Part shown: positions 28,556 to 38,472 of the stretch, one piece after another | Position numbering within the stretch: position 1 is the first letter of the stretch | Layout: each line of letters starts with the position of its first letter | From: an uncultured Desulfarculus sp. | GTDB lineage: Bacteria > Desulfobacterota > Desulfarculia > Desulfarculales > Desulfarculaceae | Direction of reading: 5' to 3' | DNA length: 64,000 nt | NCBI GenBank assembly: GCA_963665125.2 | Contig: CAXXUK010000001.1 | Span: forward strand, 2,976,001-3,040,000 | Notes under the pieces: generated by a model | What the model was told of the DNA's origin: nothing | The model's input: the letters and a program-made list of their open reading frames with translations, nothing else | Database searches by the model: none | Translations under genes and position numbers: made by a program

Positions 28556-29383
28556 TTAAGGCGCCAGTTCCAGAATTTCGGAGGCGTTGGCAAGCATGCG
28601 GCCCATCTGGACGACCAGGCCGTCCAATTCACGGCGGGTCATGCGCAGTTCAAACAGGGCCGTGGCGGGCACGTCGAATTCATCGTCGCCCGTTTCGCAG
28701 CCATAGCCGGTGGCCGTGGCGATATGGCTGGCCACGCAGACGATATTGGTGTGACGCACGGCAATGCGGGCCTTGGCTGGGGCGTGGTGCAGGCAGATCA
28801 CCTCCACGGTCTCCGGAGCAAGTTTCCACCTTTTGGCGATGCGGCCGCCCAATTCGGCATGGTCGATGCCCAAGGCCTCCTTTTCGGCCATGGTGTAGGT
28901 GTAGCCTTCCACGGTTACGAAGTGTTGAATCTCTTCAAAGACATCCCGGACAAACTCGGCGATGATCGTCTTGCCCACATCGTGCAGCACCGCGCCTGTG
29001 TGCAGGGCGGCCATGTCTTGGACATTGACCATGCGGCCCAATTCCTTGGCGATAAGCGCGGTGGCCATAGAATGGCGCCAGATTGATTCGTTGCCCTTGA
29101 AATACTGGGCCACGGCGCTGCTCAGGGCAACTTCAGCCACATTCTGCGCTCCCAACTGGGGTACGGCCTGCTCCAGGGAGTTTGCCTTATGACGCAGGCC
29201 GAAAAATGCCGAATTGACCCTCCTGAGCACATGAACCGTGATTGCCTGATCCATGTTGATGGTGTTGATCAGTTCCTGGGTGGAGTAATCAGGGTCGGAC
29301 GTCAGCGCTATAACCTTTGTAACCACCGTGGGCATGGGCGGCATTTTTTCGGCCTGGGCGGCTATGCGGCTGAGGTAGCTCAT
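28556..29383 (-). CDS. HDOD domain protein
   Basis: PPMPTVV, VLRRVNSAFFG, WRHSMATA, LHDVGK and EKEALGIDHAELG..RWKL. Confidence 0.9.
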   Translation of the reverse strand: MSYLSRIAAQAEKMPPMPTVVTKVIALTSDPDYSTQELINTINMDQAITVHVLRRVNSAFFGLRHKANSLEQAVPQLGAQNVAEVALSSAVAQYFKGNESIWRHSMATALIAKELGRMVNVQDMAALHTGAVLHDVGKTIIAEFVRDVFEEIQHFVTVEGYTYTMAEKEALGIDHAELGGRIAKRWKLAPETVEVICLHHAPAKARIAVRHTNIVCVASHIATATGYGCETGDDEFDVPATALFELRMTRRELDGLVVQMGRMLANASEILELAP

Positions 29384-29457
29384 ATGGAGGAGGCCTTTCG
29401 CTGGAATTAATTAGCAGATGTTAATCTAAAAGGCTCTTGCATTTCAAATAATACCAT

Positions 29458-29663
29458 TCAACAGGGTTTTTTTGCCAGATTGCGACGGCGCCGCTGCCTG
29501 TGCCGGTAAAAGACATGCGCGAACAGCCACACGAACAACGTTAGCGGACCCGCTTGGATATCCACGGTATCCGTGCATAAGGCCGAACCGGTCGCGGACT
29601 CCCTGGTGGTGAGCAGGTGACGCCATTGGGACAATCGAGTATGGCGCTTATTTTGACTCCCAT
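29458..29663 (-). pseudogene. Internally deleted SRPBCC-like gene remnant (paralogue of 29743..30323)
   Basis: ATG 29663 after GAGGGG gives MGVKISAILDCP; in another frame QWRHLLTTRESATGSALCTDTVDIQAGPLTLFVWLFAHVFYRHRQRRRRNLAKKPC*. This aligns with the neighbour's WIHTITIRD..FALILFKYRQLRLRRMIKK. Confidence 0.7.
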
Positions 29664-29673
29664 GGACCCCTCG

Positions 29674-29739
29674 CCGTCAGGCGGTGCGCCACCGGAGTTC
29701 CTGTTCCTCCAGAGCCTTGATCTGGTCGCGCGGCTCGGC
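29674..29739 (-). repeat. Displaced duplicate of the uvrB 3' end including its stop codon
   Basis: 63/66 nt identical to 30334..30399; reads [20 protein letters not shown] against uvr[21 protein letters not shown]. Confidence 0.95.
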
Positions 29740-29742
29740 AAA

Positions 29743-30323
29743 TTATCGTTTGCGCATGCCCTGCTTTTCCAGAAGCGCGCATAGATCGTCAATATCTTTT
29801 TCGTTCGCGGCCGTTTCAAGGAATACGTCACCGCAATCAGGCTCGGGCATTGGTTGCGCCCCGGCGGCAACGGCTTTTTTTATCATCCTGCGTAAACGCA
29901 ATTGGCGGTATTTAAACAGGATTAGGGCGAAAATATAAATATTACTAAAATGGGATGCAAGAGCAATAATATCGTCAGAAAATTTGGTCCGTCCGTCATC
30001 GGTGTCGCGGATTGTTATCGTGTGAATCCAAACGAGAAAGGGACCCAAGCCGTCATCCCTCACCCTGTACAAACGGTTGCCGGGGGTGTCGCGGATATTC
30101 TCGAACCTTAGCTTTATTCGCTGCTTGTGCAAAGGGATAAACCCAAGCAGGCGCTGTCTTACCTCATAGTCGCCTTCGGTCCATGGCCCGGCGTAATATT
30201 CCAGGTCAGAGGACCTGTAAGTCACTAACGGCGAAAACGTACGCAAAACATTTTCGACCCGAGAAACATCTGCCATACTTGCTCGGCCGGGCAATCCAGG
30301 ATGACTGTATACCGAAGCTGCAT
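29743..30323 (-). pseudogene. SRPBCC-like (START-fold) hypothetical gene with a frameshift near 30250
   Basis: ATG 30323 after GGAG reads MQLRYTVILDCPAEQVWQMFLGSK and then stops early; the body (ENVLRTFSPLVTY..LLGFIP..WIHTITI) is in another frame, shifting around GAAAATGTTTT. A sequencing error cannot be excluded. Confidence 0.65.
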
Positions 30324-30333
30324 GGTTAATGCT

Positions 30334-30399
30334 CCGTCAGGCGGTGCGCCACCGGAGTTCCTGTTCCTCCAGGGCCTTGATCTGGTCGCGCAGTTCGGC
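30334..30399 (-). repeat. uvrB 3'-end copy of the 66-bp direct repeat
   Basis: Direct repeat with 29674..29739, 660 bp apart. Confidence 0.95.
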
Positions 30400-32394
30400 G
30401 GCCTCCTCGAAGCGCAGGCCGTCGGCGGCCTTGAGCATCCGTGTCCGCAAGTCTTCTATAAGTGACGGCACATCGTCAAGACCTTTTTCCGGGGCGGCCT
30501 CGGCCAGGGGCACGGTGCTGTAGTCGGACTCAAGCTCATGGGGCAGCATGGCGCTGATGGCCTTTTTGATGGTTTCCGGGGTGATGCCGTGTTCGGCGTT
30601 GAACTGCTCCTGGACCTGGCGGCGGCGGCCGGTCTCCTCCATGGTCTTGGCGATGGATTCGGTGATAACGTCGGCGTAGAAGATAACCTTGCCGCCCACA
30701 TTGCGGGCCGCCCGGCCGGAGGTCTGGATCAGGCTGCGGGCCGAGCGCAGGAAGCCCTCGCGGTCGGCGTCCAGGATGGCCACCAGGCTGACCTCGGGCA
30801 GGTCCAGGCCCTCCCGCAGCAGGTTGATGCCCACCAGGATGTCGAAATCGCCCCGTCTGAGCCCTTGCAGCAGCCTCACCCGCTCGATGGTGTCGATGTC
30901 GCTGTGCAGGTATTGCACCTTGAGACCCATCTCGCCCAGGTATTCGGTGAGTTCCTCGGCCATGCGCTTGGTCAGGGTCGTCACCAGGGCCCGTTCGCCC
31001 CTGGCCGTAACCCGGCGCAGCTGCTCCATGACGTCGTCCACCTGGCCCGTGGCCGGGCGCACCTCGATGACCGGGTCCATCAGGCCGGTGGGCCGGATGA
31101 GCTGCTCCACCACCACGCCCTGGGCCTTTTCCAGCTCATAGTCCGCCGGGGTGGCCGAGACATAGACGGCCCTGTCCAGCAGGCCGTTGAACTCCTCGAA
31201 GTTCAGGGGCCGGTTGTCCAGGGCGCTGGGCAGGCGGAAGCCGTATTCGGTGAGGGTCCGTTTGCGGCTCTGGTCGCCGTTGTACATGCCCCGGACCTGA
31301 GGCACGGTGATGTGGCTCTCGTCGATGATCATCAGCCACTTCTTGGGGAAGTAGTCCAGCAGCGTGGGCGGCGGTTCGCCGGGGGCCCGGCCGGTGAGAT
31401 GGCGGGAGTAGTTCTCGATGCCGTGGCACCAGCCCAGCTCCTTCATCATCTCGATGTCAAAAAGCGTTCGCTCCCTGATGCGCTGGGCCTCGATGAGCTG
31501 GTTGTTGTCCTCGAAGAACTTTATCCGGTCGGCCAGTTCGCCGCGGATCTGGGCTATGGCCGCCTCGCGGATCGACTCGGTGGTCACATAGTGGCTGGCC
31601 GGAAAGATGCTGACCTTGCGTGTCTGCTCCAAGGCCTGACCCCGCAGGGGGTCGATAAAGCTGATGCGCTCCACCTCGTCGCCGAAAAACTCGATGCGCA
31701 CGGCCCGGTCTTCCTCATAGGCCGGGAAGACCTCCACAACATCGCCGCGCACCCGGAAGGTGCCCCGGTGAAAGGAGTACTCGTTGCGCTCATAGAGCAT
31801 CTCGATGAGCTTGCGGATCACGGCCTCCCGGCTGACCTCGTCGCCCTGCTCCAGATAGATCAGCATGCCCGCATAGGCCTCGGGCGAACCCAGGCCGTAG
31901 ATGCAGCTAACCGAGGAGACGATGATCACGTCCTGGCGGGTCAGCAGGGCGAAGGTGGCCGCGTGGCGCATCTTGTCGATGCGCTCGTTGATGGACGAGT
32001 CTTTTTCGATGAACGTGTCGCTGGCCGGAATATAGGCCTCGGGTTGGTAATAGTCGTAGTACGAGACAAAGTATTCCACGGCGTTGTTGGGAAACAGGGC
32101 CTTGAATTCGCCGTAGAGCTGGGCGGCCAGGGTCTTGTTGGGGGCCAGGACCAGGGTGGGCAGGCCCACACCCGCGATGACGTTGGCCATGGTGAAGGTC
32201 TTGCCGCTGCCGGTGACGCCCAACAGCACCTGGTGCTCCAGGCCCTGGCGTAGGCCCAGGGTGAGCTGCTCGATGGCCTGGGGTTGGTCGCCGCTGGGTT
32301 TGAATTCGCTGACCAGCTCGAACTCGGCCGGGCTGGGCGCCGTGCGGTAGTACTGGAATGTCTCTTCGGAATGGAATCCCATGAATCTCGCCAT
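30337..32394 (-). CDS. uvrB: Excinuclease ABC subunit B
   Basis: Walker [44 protein letters not shown] and C-terminal FEEAAELRD; start is 32394 or 32382. Confidence 0.97.
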   Translation of the reverse strand: MARFMGFHSEETFQYYRTAPSPAEFELVSEFKPSGDQPQAIEQLTLGLRQGLEHQVLLGVTGSGKTFTMANVIAGVGLPTLVLAPNKTLAAQLYGEFKALFPNNAVEYFVSYYDYYQPEAYIPASDTFIEKDSSINERIDKMRHAATFALLTRQDVIIVSSVSCIYGLGSPEAYAGMLIYLEQGDEVSREAVIRKLIEMLYERNEYSFHRGTFRVRGDVVEVFPAYEEDRAVRIEFFGDEVERISFIDPLRGQALEQTRKVSIFPASHYVTTESIREAAIAQIRGELADRIKFFEDNNQLIEAQRIRERTLFDIEMMKELGWCHGIENYSRHLTGRAPGEPPPTLLDYFPKKWLMIIDESHITVPQVRGMYNGDQSRKRTLTEYGFRLPSALDNRPLNFEEFNGLLDRAVYVSATPADYELEKAQGVVVEQLIRPTGLMDPVIEVRPATGQVDDVMEQLRRVTARGERALVTTLTKRMAEELTEYLGEMGLKVQYLHSDIDTIERVRLLQGLRRGDFDILVGINLLREGLDLPEVSLVAILDADREGFLRSARSLIQTSGRAARNVGGKVIFYADVITESIAKTMEETGRRRQVQEQFNAEHGITPETIKKAISAMLPHELESDYSTVPLAEAAPEKGLDDVPSLIEDLRTRMLKAADGLRFEEAAELRDQIKALEEQELRWRTA

Positions 32395-32689
32395 AAAAGG
32401 GTTCGCGCGGAAACGCGGCCCCGCAAAACGGTCATACTCATTTAATGTATTGTAGCCCATGGGAGAGAGGGAGGCCATAGGCGCCGCGACAAAAGCGGCG
32501 TATTGCCGCCGGGTCCTCGCCGGGCAGGATAGCCGATTGACCACGGTAAAAAAGAAAGTTACCATGTGCTGGCCGTAATGAAAGCATCCCGTGCGAACCA
32601 TTCAGCGGCGAAAAGGCGTTATGGGCCGTTGAGCGGCCTGACCGCGGAGGCAACAGGCTGAGCCGTATTTTGGGTGTAAGGTGACGACA

Positions 32690-33592
32690 ATGCACAAGAG
32701 CTATCCCGTCAACCCGACGGTTGTAAACACCCCTCCCGCAGTGTTCAGGCTGGCCCGCCTACTCATGCGAAAAGACATCCCCGGCGGCTGGCGGCTGTTT
32801 ACCATGGCCAGAAAACTGGGGATGCTCGATGTCCTGTACCGCTGCCCGCTGTCAGACCGTGTTTCGGTGAATGTGCCGCTTTTTTCGCCGGATGACGCCA
32901 TGGACCGGGAAAGCGTCGGCCAATACGAAAGCCAGGTGATAGACATGGTTTCGTATTGGATCAACCAGATGCCCGGTCCGGTGGATTTGGTGGACTGTGG
33001 CGCCAATATCGGCCTTATCACCGCGCGCCTGGTGGCGGCCTGTCCGGGCATAGCCGGGGTGGCGGCCTTTGAACCCAACGAACGCATATTCAATGTACTC
33101 AAGGGCAACGTTGAGCAGCTTCCCGTGGAGGCAAAAGCCCACATGGCCGCGGTCGGCAACCAGTGCGGAACGTGCGAGTTGATCAACTCCAGGCATGACC
33201 CTTCGGACCACGCGCGCTTCATCCAACCTACCCCCCAGGGACAAATTCAACTGCTTCGCATCGACGATCTGGGAATCGGTGATGACCGCTTTTTGGCCAT
33301 AAAAATCGACGTGGAGGGTAATGAGCTGCAAGTGGTTGAGGGGGCGGCGGAAACATTGGCCCGTTCCCGCCAGTTCTGCATAGTATTCGAAGCCCATCCG
33401 CTCCAGGTGGAGCGTACGGGAATAGAGCCGGCGCAGATCATGCGATTCATAGACAATATCCGGCCTTGCCGTTTTTTCGTCTGCGAAGAGCCCGGTCTCG
33501 AGGTCTTTGCCGACAGAGATTTTTTCAGCCAGACGCCACACAATCGGATGTACAACCTTTTTTGCCGCTCGACCGGCGACGGCAACGAATGA
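32690..33592 (+). CDS. FkbM family methyltransferase
   Basis: VDCGANIG, AAFEPN, AAVGN and IKIDVEGNELQVVEG. Confidence 0.88.
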   Translation: MHKSYPVNPTVVNTPPAVFRLARLLMRKDIPGGWRLFTMARKLGMLDVLYRCPLSDRVSVNVPLFSPDDAMDRESVGQYESQVIDMVSYWINQMPGPVDLVDCGANIGLITARLVAACPGIAGVAAFEPNERIFNVLKGNVEQLPVEAKAHMAAVGNQCGTCELINSRHDPSDHARFIQPTPQGQIQLLRIDDLGIGDDRFLAIKIDVEGNELQVVEGAAETLARSRQFCIVFEAHPLQVERTGIEPAQIMRFIDNIRPCRFFVCEEPGLEVFADRDFFSQTPHNRMYNLFCRSTGDGNE

Positions 33593-33811
33593 CCGGACCG
33601 GCTTCCGCCTGCATGGAGGCCGTCACCTTGCCCTCAACGCGCTGAGCCCTGTTGGGCTGACACAGCTGACGCCTCGTACATGCGGTCTGCATGCGCGCCA
33701 CGGCGCTACAAAATAATTAGGCAAACAGGTTTGGCTTGGGCGGGCGGCGTCCAACATTGAGGGGGGAGCGAAGCCGAAGAGGGAACAACCGGCTGAAAGG
33801 GAGAAGGAAAA

Positions 33812-34498
33812 ATGAAAAAGGGTTTACTGGCAAGTCTGTTTTTGGGTCTGATGGTCCTTATGGCCGTCCCGGCCTGGGCAGGGGGCAACTTCGGCGTCAG
33901 CGTACTGGGAGGCTACGCATTCCCCACTGCGGGCGGCGACGCCATGATGGGCCGCGATGGATATTCAGGACCGGAAGACAGCGACTTCAAAAACAACTGG
34001 ACCGCGGGCATCGAAGGGCTCTACGCCTTTTCCGGCGGCCTGCAACTGGGCATCGGCGTGCAGTACCTGCCGCTGACAGCCGAGGCCTCCCGTTCGGCCG
34101 GTGGAACCAAGGAAGATTTTCTGACCCTCAAATCCACGGCCATCTACGCCCTGGCCCGCTACCAGTATCCGGTGCAAACCGGTTTTACCGGCCACTTCGA
34201 GGCGGGCCTGGGCTACAACATGACCAGCGTCGACAATGAACAGGCCCTCAACGCCATGGGCAGCGGCCTGGGCGCCAGCCTGGACACGGACACCGAAAAC
34301 GCGGTCATGGCCCTCATCGGCGCGGGCGTTGATTATTATTTCAACCCGGCCCTGTCCCTGGGCCTCAGCGCCCGTTACTGGTGGTCCGAGGTCGACTACA
34401 CCGTCACCGCCAGCGGCTATGGCGACATCATCAGGGGCGAACTGGACGCCCACAACATCCAGGCCGTCATCAGCCTGAGCTATTGGTTCGGCAAGTAG
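33812..34498 (+). CDS. Outer-membrane beta-barrel protein (OmpW/OmpA-like)
   Basis: Signal peptide ending AWA; alternating strands; IGAGVDYY..LSARY; C-terminal SLSYWFGK. Confidence 0.85.
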   Translation: MKKGLLASLFLGLMVLMAVPAWAGGNFGVSVLGGYAFPTAGGDAMMGRDGYSGPEDSDFKNNWTAGIEGLYAFSGGLQLGIGVQYLPLTAEASRSAGGTKEDFLTLKSTAIYALARYQYPVQTGFTGHFEAGLGYNMTSVDNEQALNAMGSGLGASLDTDTENAVMALIGAGVDYYFNPALSLGLSARYWWSEVDYTVTASGYGDIIRGELDAHNIQAVISLSYWFGK

Positions 34499-34518
34499 CC
34501 GCCGGCCCGAGAAGATGT

Positions 34519-34559
34519 AAAAAGCTCCGGCGGTATTGATGCCGCCGGAGCTTTTTTTT
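34519..34559. terminator. Bidirectional Rho-independent terminator
   Basis: AAAAAGCTCCGGCGG..CCGCCGGAGCTTTTTTTT between convergent genes. Confidence 0.9.
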
Positions 34560-34571
34560 GATTGCCGAAAA

Positions 34572-35549
34572 TCAGGCGCCGGCAAACAACCGGGCGGGGT
34601 TGCCGCGCAGGATGTTGTCCAACTGTTCGTCGGTGACGCCGCCGTGTTTGAGAATTCGCGAGAGCTTGCCCGGCACGTAGGTCATGTGCCAGTCGGCCAC
34701 GGCGGCCTGGTATTGGGCCGGGATATCCCGGAAACGGCCCAGCCAAGTGGTGATGCGGTCATGGCTGAACATGATTTGTGTATCCCAGCCGCGCTTGACC
34801 AGCTCGATGAGCAGGGGATGGCGATCAGCTTCCATGGGGCATCCGGCCAGTACCTGGATGCCCATGCGGTCCCAGGAAACATAGGCGCCTTGTTTGAGCA
34901 CGGCCTCCTGATAGTCGATGTCCAGGTTGTCGCACATGTGGCCGATCATGAGCTGTTTGGGATTTGCCCCCAGTTCGATGAGCAGTTTGGCCTGCTCCGG
35001 ACCCATGGTGCCTTGTTCGGTGTGGGTGATGATGGGCGCGCCTTTTTCCTGTTGGGCCCTGGCCGCGGCCGCGTAGCACGCTGTTTGATAGTCGGAAATC
35101 ATGCCCAGGCCAGCGACCAGCTTGATCACGCCCGCTTTGATGCCGCTGTTGGCGATGCCCTGGGTCAACTCGGTCATGAACAGGTCGTAGAGTTCTTCAA
35201 CAAGGTCAGCCATCGGGACGGGAGAGCCCAGGCGGGCCAAGACTCCGTCGTGTTGGCCGTACACCCCTGTCGCGCAGACGATGTTCACGCCGGTTTTTTC
35301 CGTGATGTCCCGGTAAAGCTCGGGCCGGCGTCCGACATCGCCGGGCGTGGCGTCGATGATGGTCTGGATTCCCAGGTCCTTGGCGGCCGAGATCTCCTTC
35401 ACCGAGGCTTCCAACAATTCCAGGTAATCATATGAGCCGACGGGCGCATCGTCGGGATTACCGAAGACGATGTGCTCGTGCATCAGGGTCTTACCCATGT
35501 CCTCCGGCGAAATGGCCCCGCAGACGGTGTTTACCTTACCGGCGCTCAA
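34572..35549 (-). CDS. Phosphotriesterase-related protein (amidohydrolase/lactonase)
   Basis: VNTVCG, TLMHEH, IDATP, VIKL (Lys), ITHTE, IGHM and SHD metal ligands; TTG start after GGGAGG. Confidence 0.9.
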   Translation of the reverse strand: MSAGKVNTVCGAISPEDMGKTLMHEHIVFGNPDDAPVGSYDYLELLEASVKEISAAKDLGIQTIIDATPGDVGRRPELYRDITEKTGVNIVCATGVYGQHDGVLARLGSPVPMADLVEELYDLFMTELTQGIANSGIKAGVIKLVAGLGMISDYQTACYAAAARAQQEKGAPIITHTEQGTMGPEQAKLLIELGANPKQLMIGHMCDNLDIDYQEAVLKQGAYVSWDRMGIQVLAGCPMEADRHPLLIELVKRGWDTQIMFSHDRITTWLGRFRDIPAQYQAAVADWHMTYVPGKLSRILKHGGVTDEQLDNILRGNPARLFAGA

Positions 35550-35602
35550 AGTCGTCCTCCCGTGGATCGCCGCCAACCATCGCCAACGTCATGGCCGTGT
35601 GG

Positions 35603-36427
35603 TTAAGCGCCCTTGAAATTGCCCAGCCTGCCTTCCAGATAGGCCGTCACGGCTTCGTTGATGTCCTCGCTGGGCAGGATCATCACGCTGCGGGCGCAGT
35701 TGTAGTCCAGGGAATCTTCCAGGGTGGACTCTTCGTCAAACAGGAACACGTCCTTGGCCCCCCGGACGGCCAGGGGTGCGTTTGACGCGATCTCCTCGGC
35801 CATGGCCAGGGCGGCGGCGTCCAGGGCATCCTTGTCGGGGTACGCCTCGTTGATCAAGCCGATGCGCAGGGCGTAGTCCGCGCCAAAACGGTGGCCCCGG
35901 AAGGATATCTCCTTGGCCCGGCCCCCGCCGACCAGGCGGCGCAGGCGCTGCAAGCCGCCCACGTCGGTGATAAAGGCCAGCTTGGCCTCGGGCAGGGAAA
36001 ACACCGCGTCTTCGCTGCACAGACGGATGTCGGCGCACAGGGCCAGCTCCAGCCCCGCGCCCAGGCAGTGCTTGTGGATGGCGGCGATGGTGGGCATGGG
36101 CAGCCGCTCGAACGCCGTGTGGATGTTCTGGACCCGGCGGATTTCATGGTAGAGCTTGGTCTTATTGGCCGCCGAGGCCCCGTCGGGGCTCATCAGATGG
36201 CTGAACAGCTCGTTGTCCGGGCTCAGCTCCAGCCCGGCGCAGAAGCTCTTGCCCGCGCCGCGCAGGATCAGCACCCGGGCGTCGTCGTCGGCCGCGGCCT
36301 GGTCGATGACCTCGCCCAGCTTGTGCCAAAAGGCCAGGCTCATGGCGTTGCGTTTTTCGGGGCGGTTCAGGGTCAGGTAGCCGATATGGCCTTCGCGGTG
36401 ATAGGTGACCATTGCTTGATCGTTCAT
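35603..36427 (-). CDS. Enoyl-CoA hydratase/isomerase family protein
   Basis: TLNRPEKRNA, SFCAGLEL, CLGAGLELALCADIR and FSLPE; ATG 36427 after GGAGG. Confidence 0.92.
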   Translation of the reverse strand: MNDQAMVTYHREGHIGYLTLNRPEKRNAMSLAFWHKLGEVIDQAAADDDARVLILRGAGKSFCAGLELSPDNELFSHLMSPDGASAANKTKLYHEIRRVQNIHTAFERLPMPTIAAIHKHCLGAGLELALCADIRLCSEDAVFSLPEAKLAFITDVGGLQRLRRLVGGGRAKEISFRGHRFGADYALRIGLINEAYPDKDALDAAALAMAEEIASNAPLAVRGAKDVFLFDEESTLEDSLDYNCARSVMILPSEDINEAVTAYLEGRLGNFKGA

Positions 36428-36562
36428 CGTCGACCTCCATGTGCCTGCGGGAGGAAGGTGAAAGAAGGTGTGGCGGCCAACCAAACCGCCTCGATCAGCA
36501 ATAGCATATTCGGTGTGGGTTTCGAAAGGTGCGGGACGGATGTTTGACCGAAATCGGCCTGC

Positions 36563-37264
36563 TTATGATTCCCGGCGGCAAAAGTCCACGATGGCCTCCA
36601 CATGGATGGCCGAGGCGTTGAGCACGGGCAGGCCCTCGTATTGGGCCTGGTCCAGGATAAGCGGCAGCTCGGTGCAGCCCAGGATTACGGCGTCGATGCC
36701 CTGGCTGGCTTTCATGCGCCCCACGATGCCCAACAACTCCCCACGGGTGCTGTCATTGATGACGCCGTTTTCGATCTCGCTGAACAGGCGCTGTTGGATG
36801 AGTTTCTGGTCCTTGTCCGGCGGGACGGGCACATCCATGCCCAACCCATTGAAAACGCGCTGATACAGATCGGATTGCATGGTCACGCGGGTGCCCAGCA
36901 GGCCCGGCTTTTTCAGGCCCAGGGAAGCCGCCCGTTCCGCAGCCGCTTCCACGATGCTGATCAGGGGCAGGCTCACCCGGCTTTGCACCTTGGCAAAGGC
37001 TAGGTGCGGCGTATTGGAGGCGATAGCCGCGAAATCGGCACCGGCGGCCCGTAAGGATTCGGCGCTTTGGACCAGTATATCTGCCACCGCGTCCCAGTTT
37101 CCGGCCTCCATTAAAGCCCAGACTTGGCCCAAGTTGAGGCTGTGGACGAATATCTCCGGGTAGTCAAAGGCCTGGCCGGGCTGTTCAAAGGCCTTGATTA
37201 TGCCCTTGTAGTAATCAAGGGTGGACTCCGGCCCCAGGCCGCCGATTATGCCGACTTTTTTCAT
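36563..37264 (-). CDS. Aspartate/glutamate racemase family protein
   Basis: GIIGGLGPESTLDYY, ASNTPH, GLLGT and ILGCTELP. Confidence 0.92.
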   Translation of the reverse strand: MKKVGIIGGLGPESTLDYYKGIIKAFEQPGQAFDYPEIFVHSLNLGQVWALMEAGNWDAVADILVQSAESLRAAGADFAAIASNTPHLAFAKVQSRVSLPLISIVEAAAERAASLGLKKPGLLGTRVTMQSDLYQRVFNGLGMDVPVPPDKDQKLIQQRLFSEIENGVINDSTRGELLGIVGRMKASQGIDAVILGCTELPLILDQAQYEGLPVLNASAIHVEAIVDFCRRES

Positions 37265-37276
37265 AGCCCATCCCCC

Positions 37277-37843
37277 TTAGGCGCTCATCTTGCGCAGCAA
37301 GGCCGTGCGGCTGCCCCGGAATTTGGGTTGCTCTTCCATGGCGAAACCGGCCTGGCGGGCAAAGGCCAATGTCTCGATAAAAGCGTCCTTGTTTACATGG
37401 CCCGTTGGTTCCAGGATCAAAAACGAACCGGCCGGGCGCAGGCTGCGGGCCACCTGGCTGAATATCCTGGGCTGATCCGGCGCCTCGTGGATCATGTACC
37501 CGGCCAAGGCGAAATCCACCAGCCCGGCCAAATCGCCCAGGCGCAGGCTTTCATCTTGGCATTTGCGGATTTTGATGATGGAGTCCAGGCCGTGTTTAGT
37601 GGCCCGGCGGGCCAGGCCGGCCAGCATCCTGCCCTGAAGGTCCACGGCGTGGACCACGCCGCCGTGACCGGTGCAGCGGGCCATGGGCCGCGAAAAAAAG
37701 CCCAGACCGCAGCCGATATCCAGGCATACGTCGCCGGGCTTGACATAGCGCCGCAAAAGCCTCTCGGGGTTTTGCCACCAAGTCCGCAGGGGGTTGTCGA
37801 TAATATAGCCCAGCCACCAGGGGCAGATGTCGAAACCGGGCAT
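37277..37843 (-). CDS. Class I SAM-dependent methyltransferase
   Basis: ICPWW..DNPLR, LDIGCGLG, HAVDLQ, MIHE and ILEP. Confidence 0.88.
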   Translation of the reverse strand: MPGFDICPWWLGYIIDNPLRTWWQNPERLLRRYVKPGDVCLDIGCGLGFFSRPMARCTGHGGVVHAVDLQGRMLAGLARRATKHGLDSIIKIRKCQDESLRLGDLAGLVDFALAGYMIHEAPDQPRIFSQVARSLRPAGSFLILEPTGHVNKDAFIETLAFARQAGFAMEEQPKFRGSRTALLRKMSA

Positions 37844-37877
37844 GGGTCCTCCCGCTATGCTTGTGGGCTGCTGGCTA

Positions 37878-38468
37878 TCAGGTGAAGACTCCCTCCACCA
37901 TTTGCCGGGCCTCGGCCAGCCAGGCCTTGCGCTGGGCCTCGTCGCTGGTGACGATCACCGTAAACAGCCTGCGGTGAAACTCGCGCACGCCGCACAGGTC
38001 AAAGATGCAATCCCGCCACAGGCGCTCCAACGGGTCGCCGAAGGCTTCCAGCTCCCGGTGCAGGGGCGTATTGCCGGTGTTGAAGACCACGGCGGCCTTG
38101 GCCCTGAGTAGGCCGTTGGGCACGCCCTCGCCGCCGTCGCCCTCCAGAAATTCATAGGCCACGCCGGGCCGCACCACCCTGTCCACCCAGCCCTTGAGAA
38201 TGGCCGGGGGCATGCCCCACCAGTTGGGGTGGACGATGACGATGCCCTCGGCGGTGGCCAGCAGGTCGCAGTGCTCCCGGATCACCGGGGGCAACTCGGC
38301 GCCGAAGGGTATCTCCGGGCCGGGCAGGATGGCCTCGAAGCCCTCGGCGTACAGATCCCGCAGGGTCACGTCATGACCCATGCCCCGCAACTGGTCCGCG
38401 GCGGCCCGGGCCAAGGCGTGGCTGAAGCTGCCTGGATCGGGATGGGCCAGCACAACCAGGATGTTCAC
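37878..38468 (-). CDS. Flavodoxin-fold NAD(P)H:quinone oxidoreductase
   Basis: VLAHPDPGSF, DLYAEGF and HPNWWGMPPAILKGWVDRV. Confidence 0.9.
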   Translation of the reverse strand: MNILVVLAHPDPGSFSHALARAAADQLRGMGHDVTLRDLYAEGFEAILPGPEIPFGAELPPVIREHCDLLATAEGIVIVHPNWWGMPPAILKGWVDRVVRPGVAYEFLEGDGGEGVPNGLLRAKAAVVFNTGNTPLHRELEAFGDPLERLWRDCIFDLCGVREFHRRLFTVIVTSDEAQRKAWLAEARQMVEGVFT

Positions 38469-38472
38469 GGCC

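Noticed and set aside
29674..30399. Prophage or ICE attL/attR
   Set aside because: Only 660 bp between the repeats and no integrase or mobility gene; kept as a cassette-like finding rather than called a mobile element.
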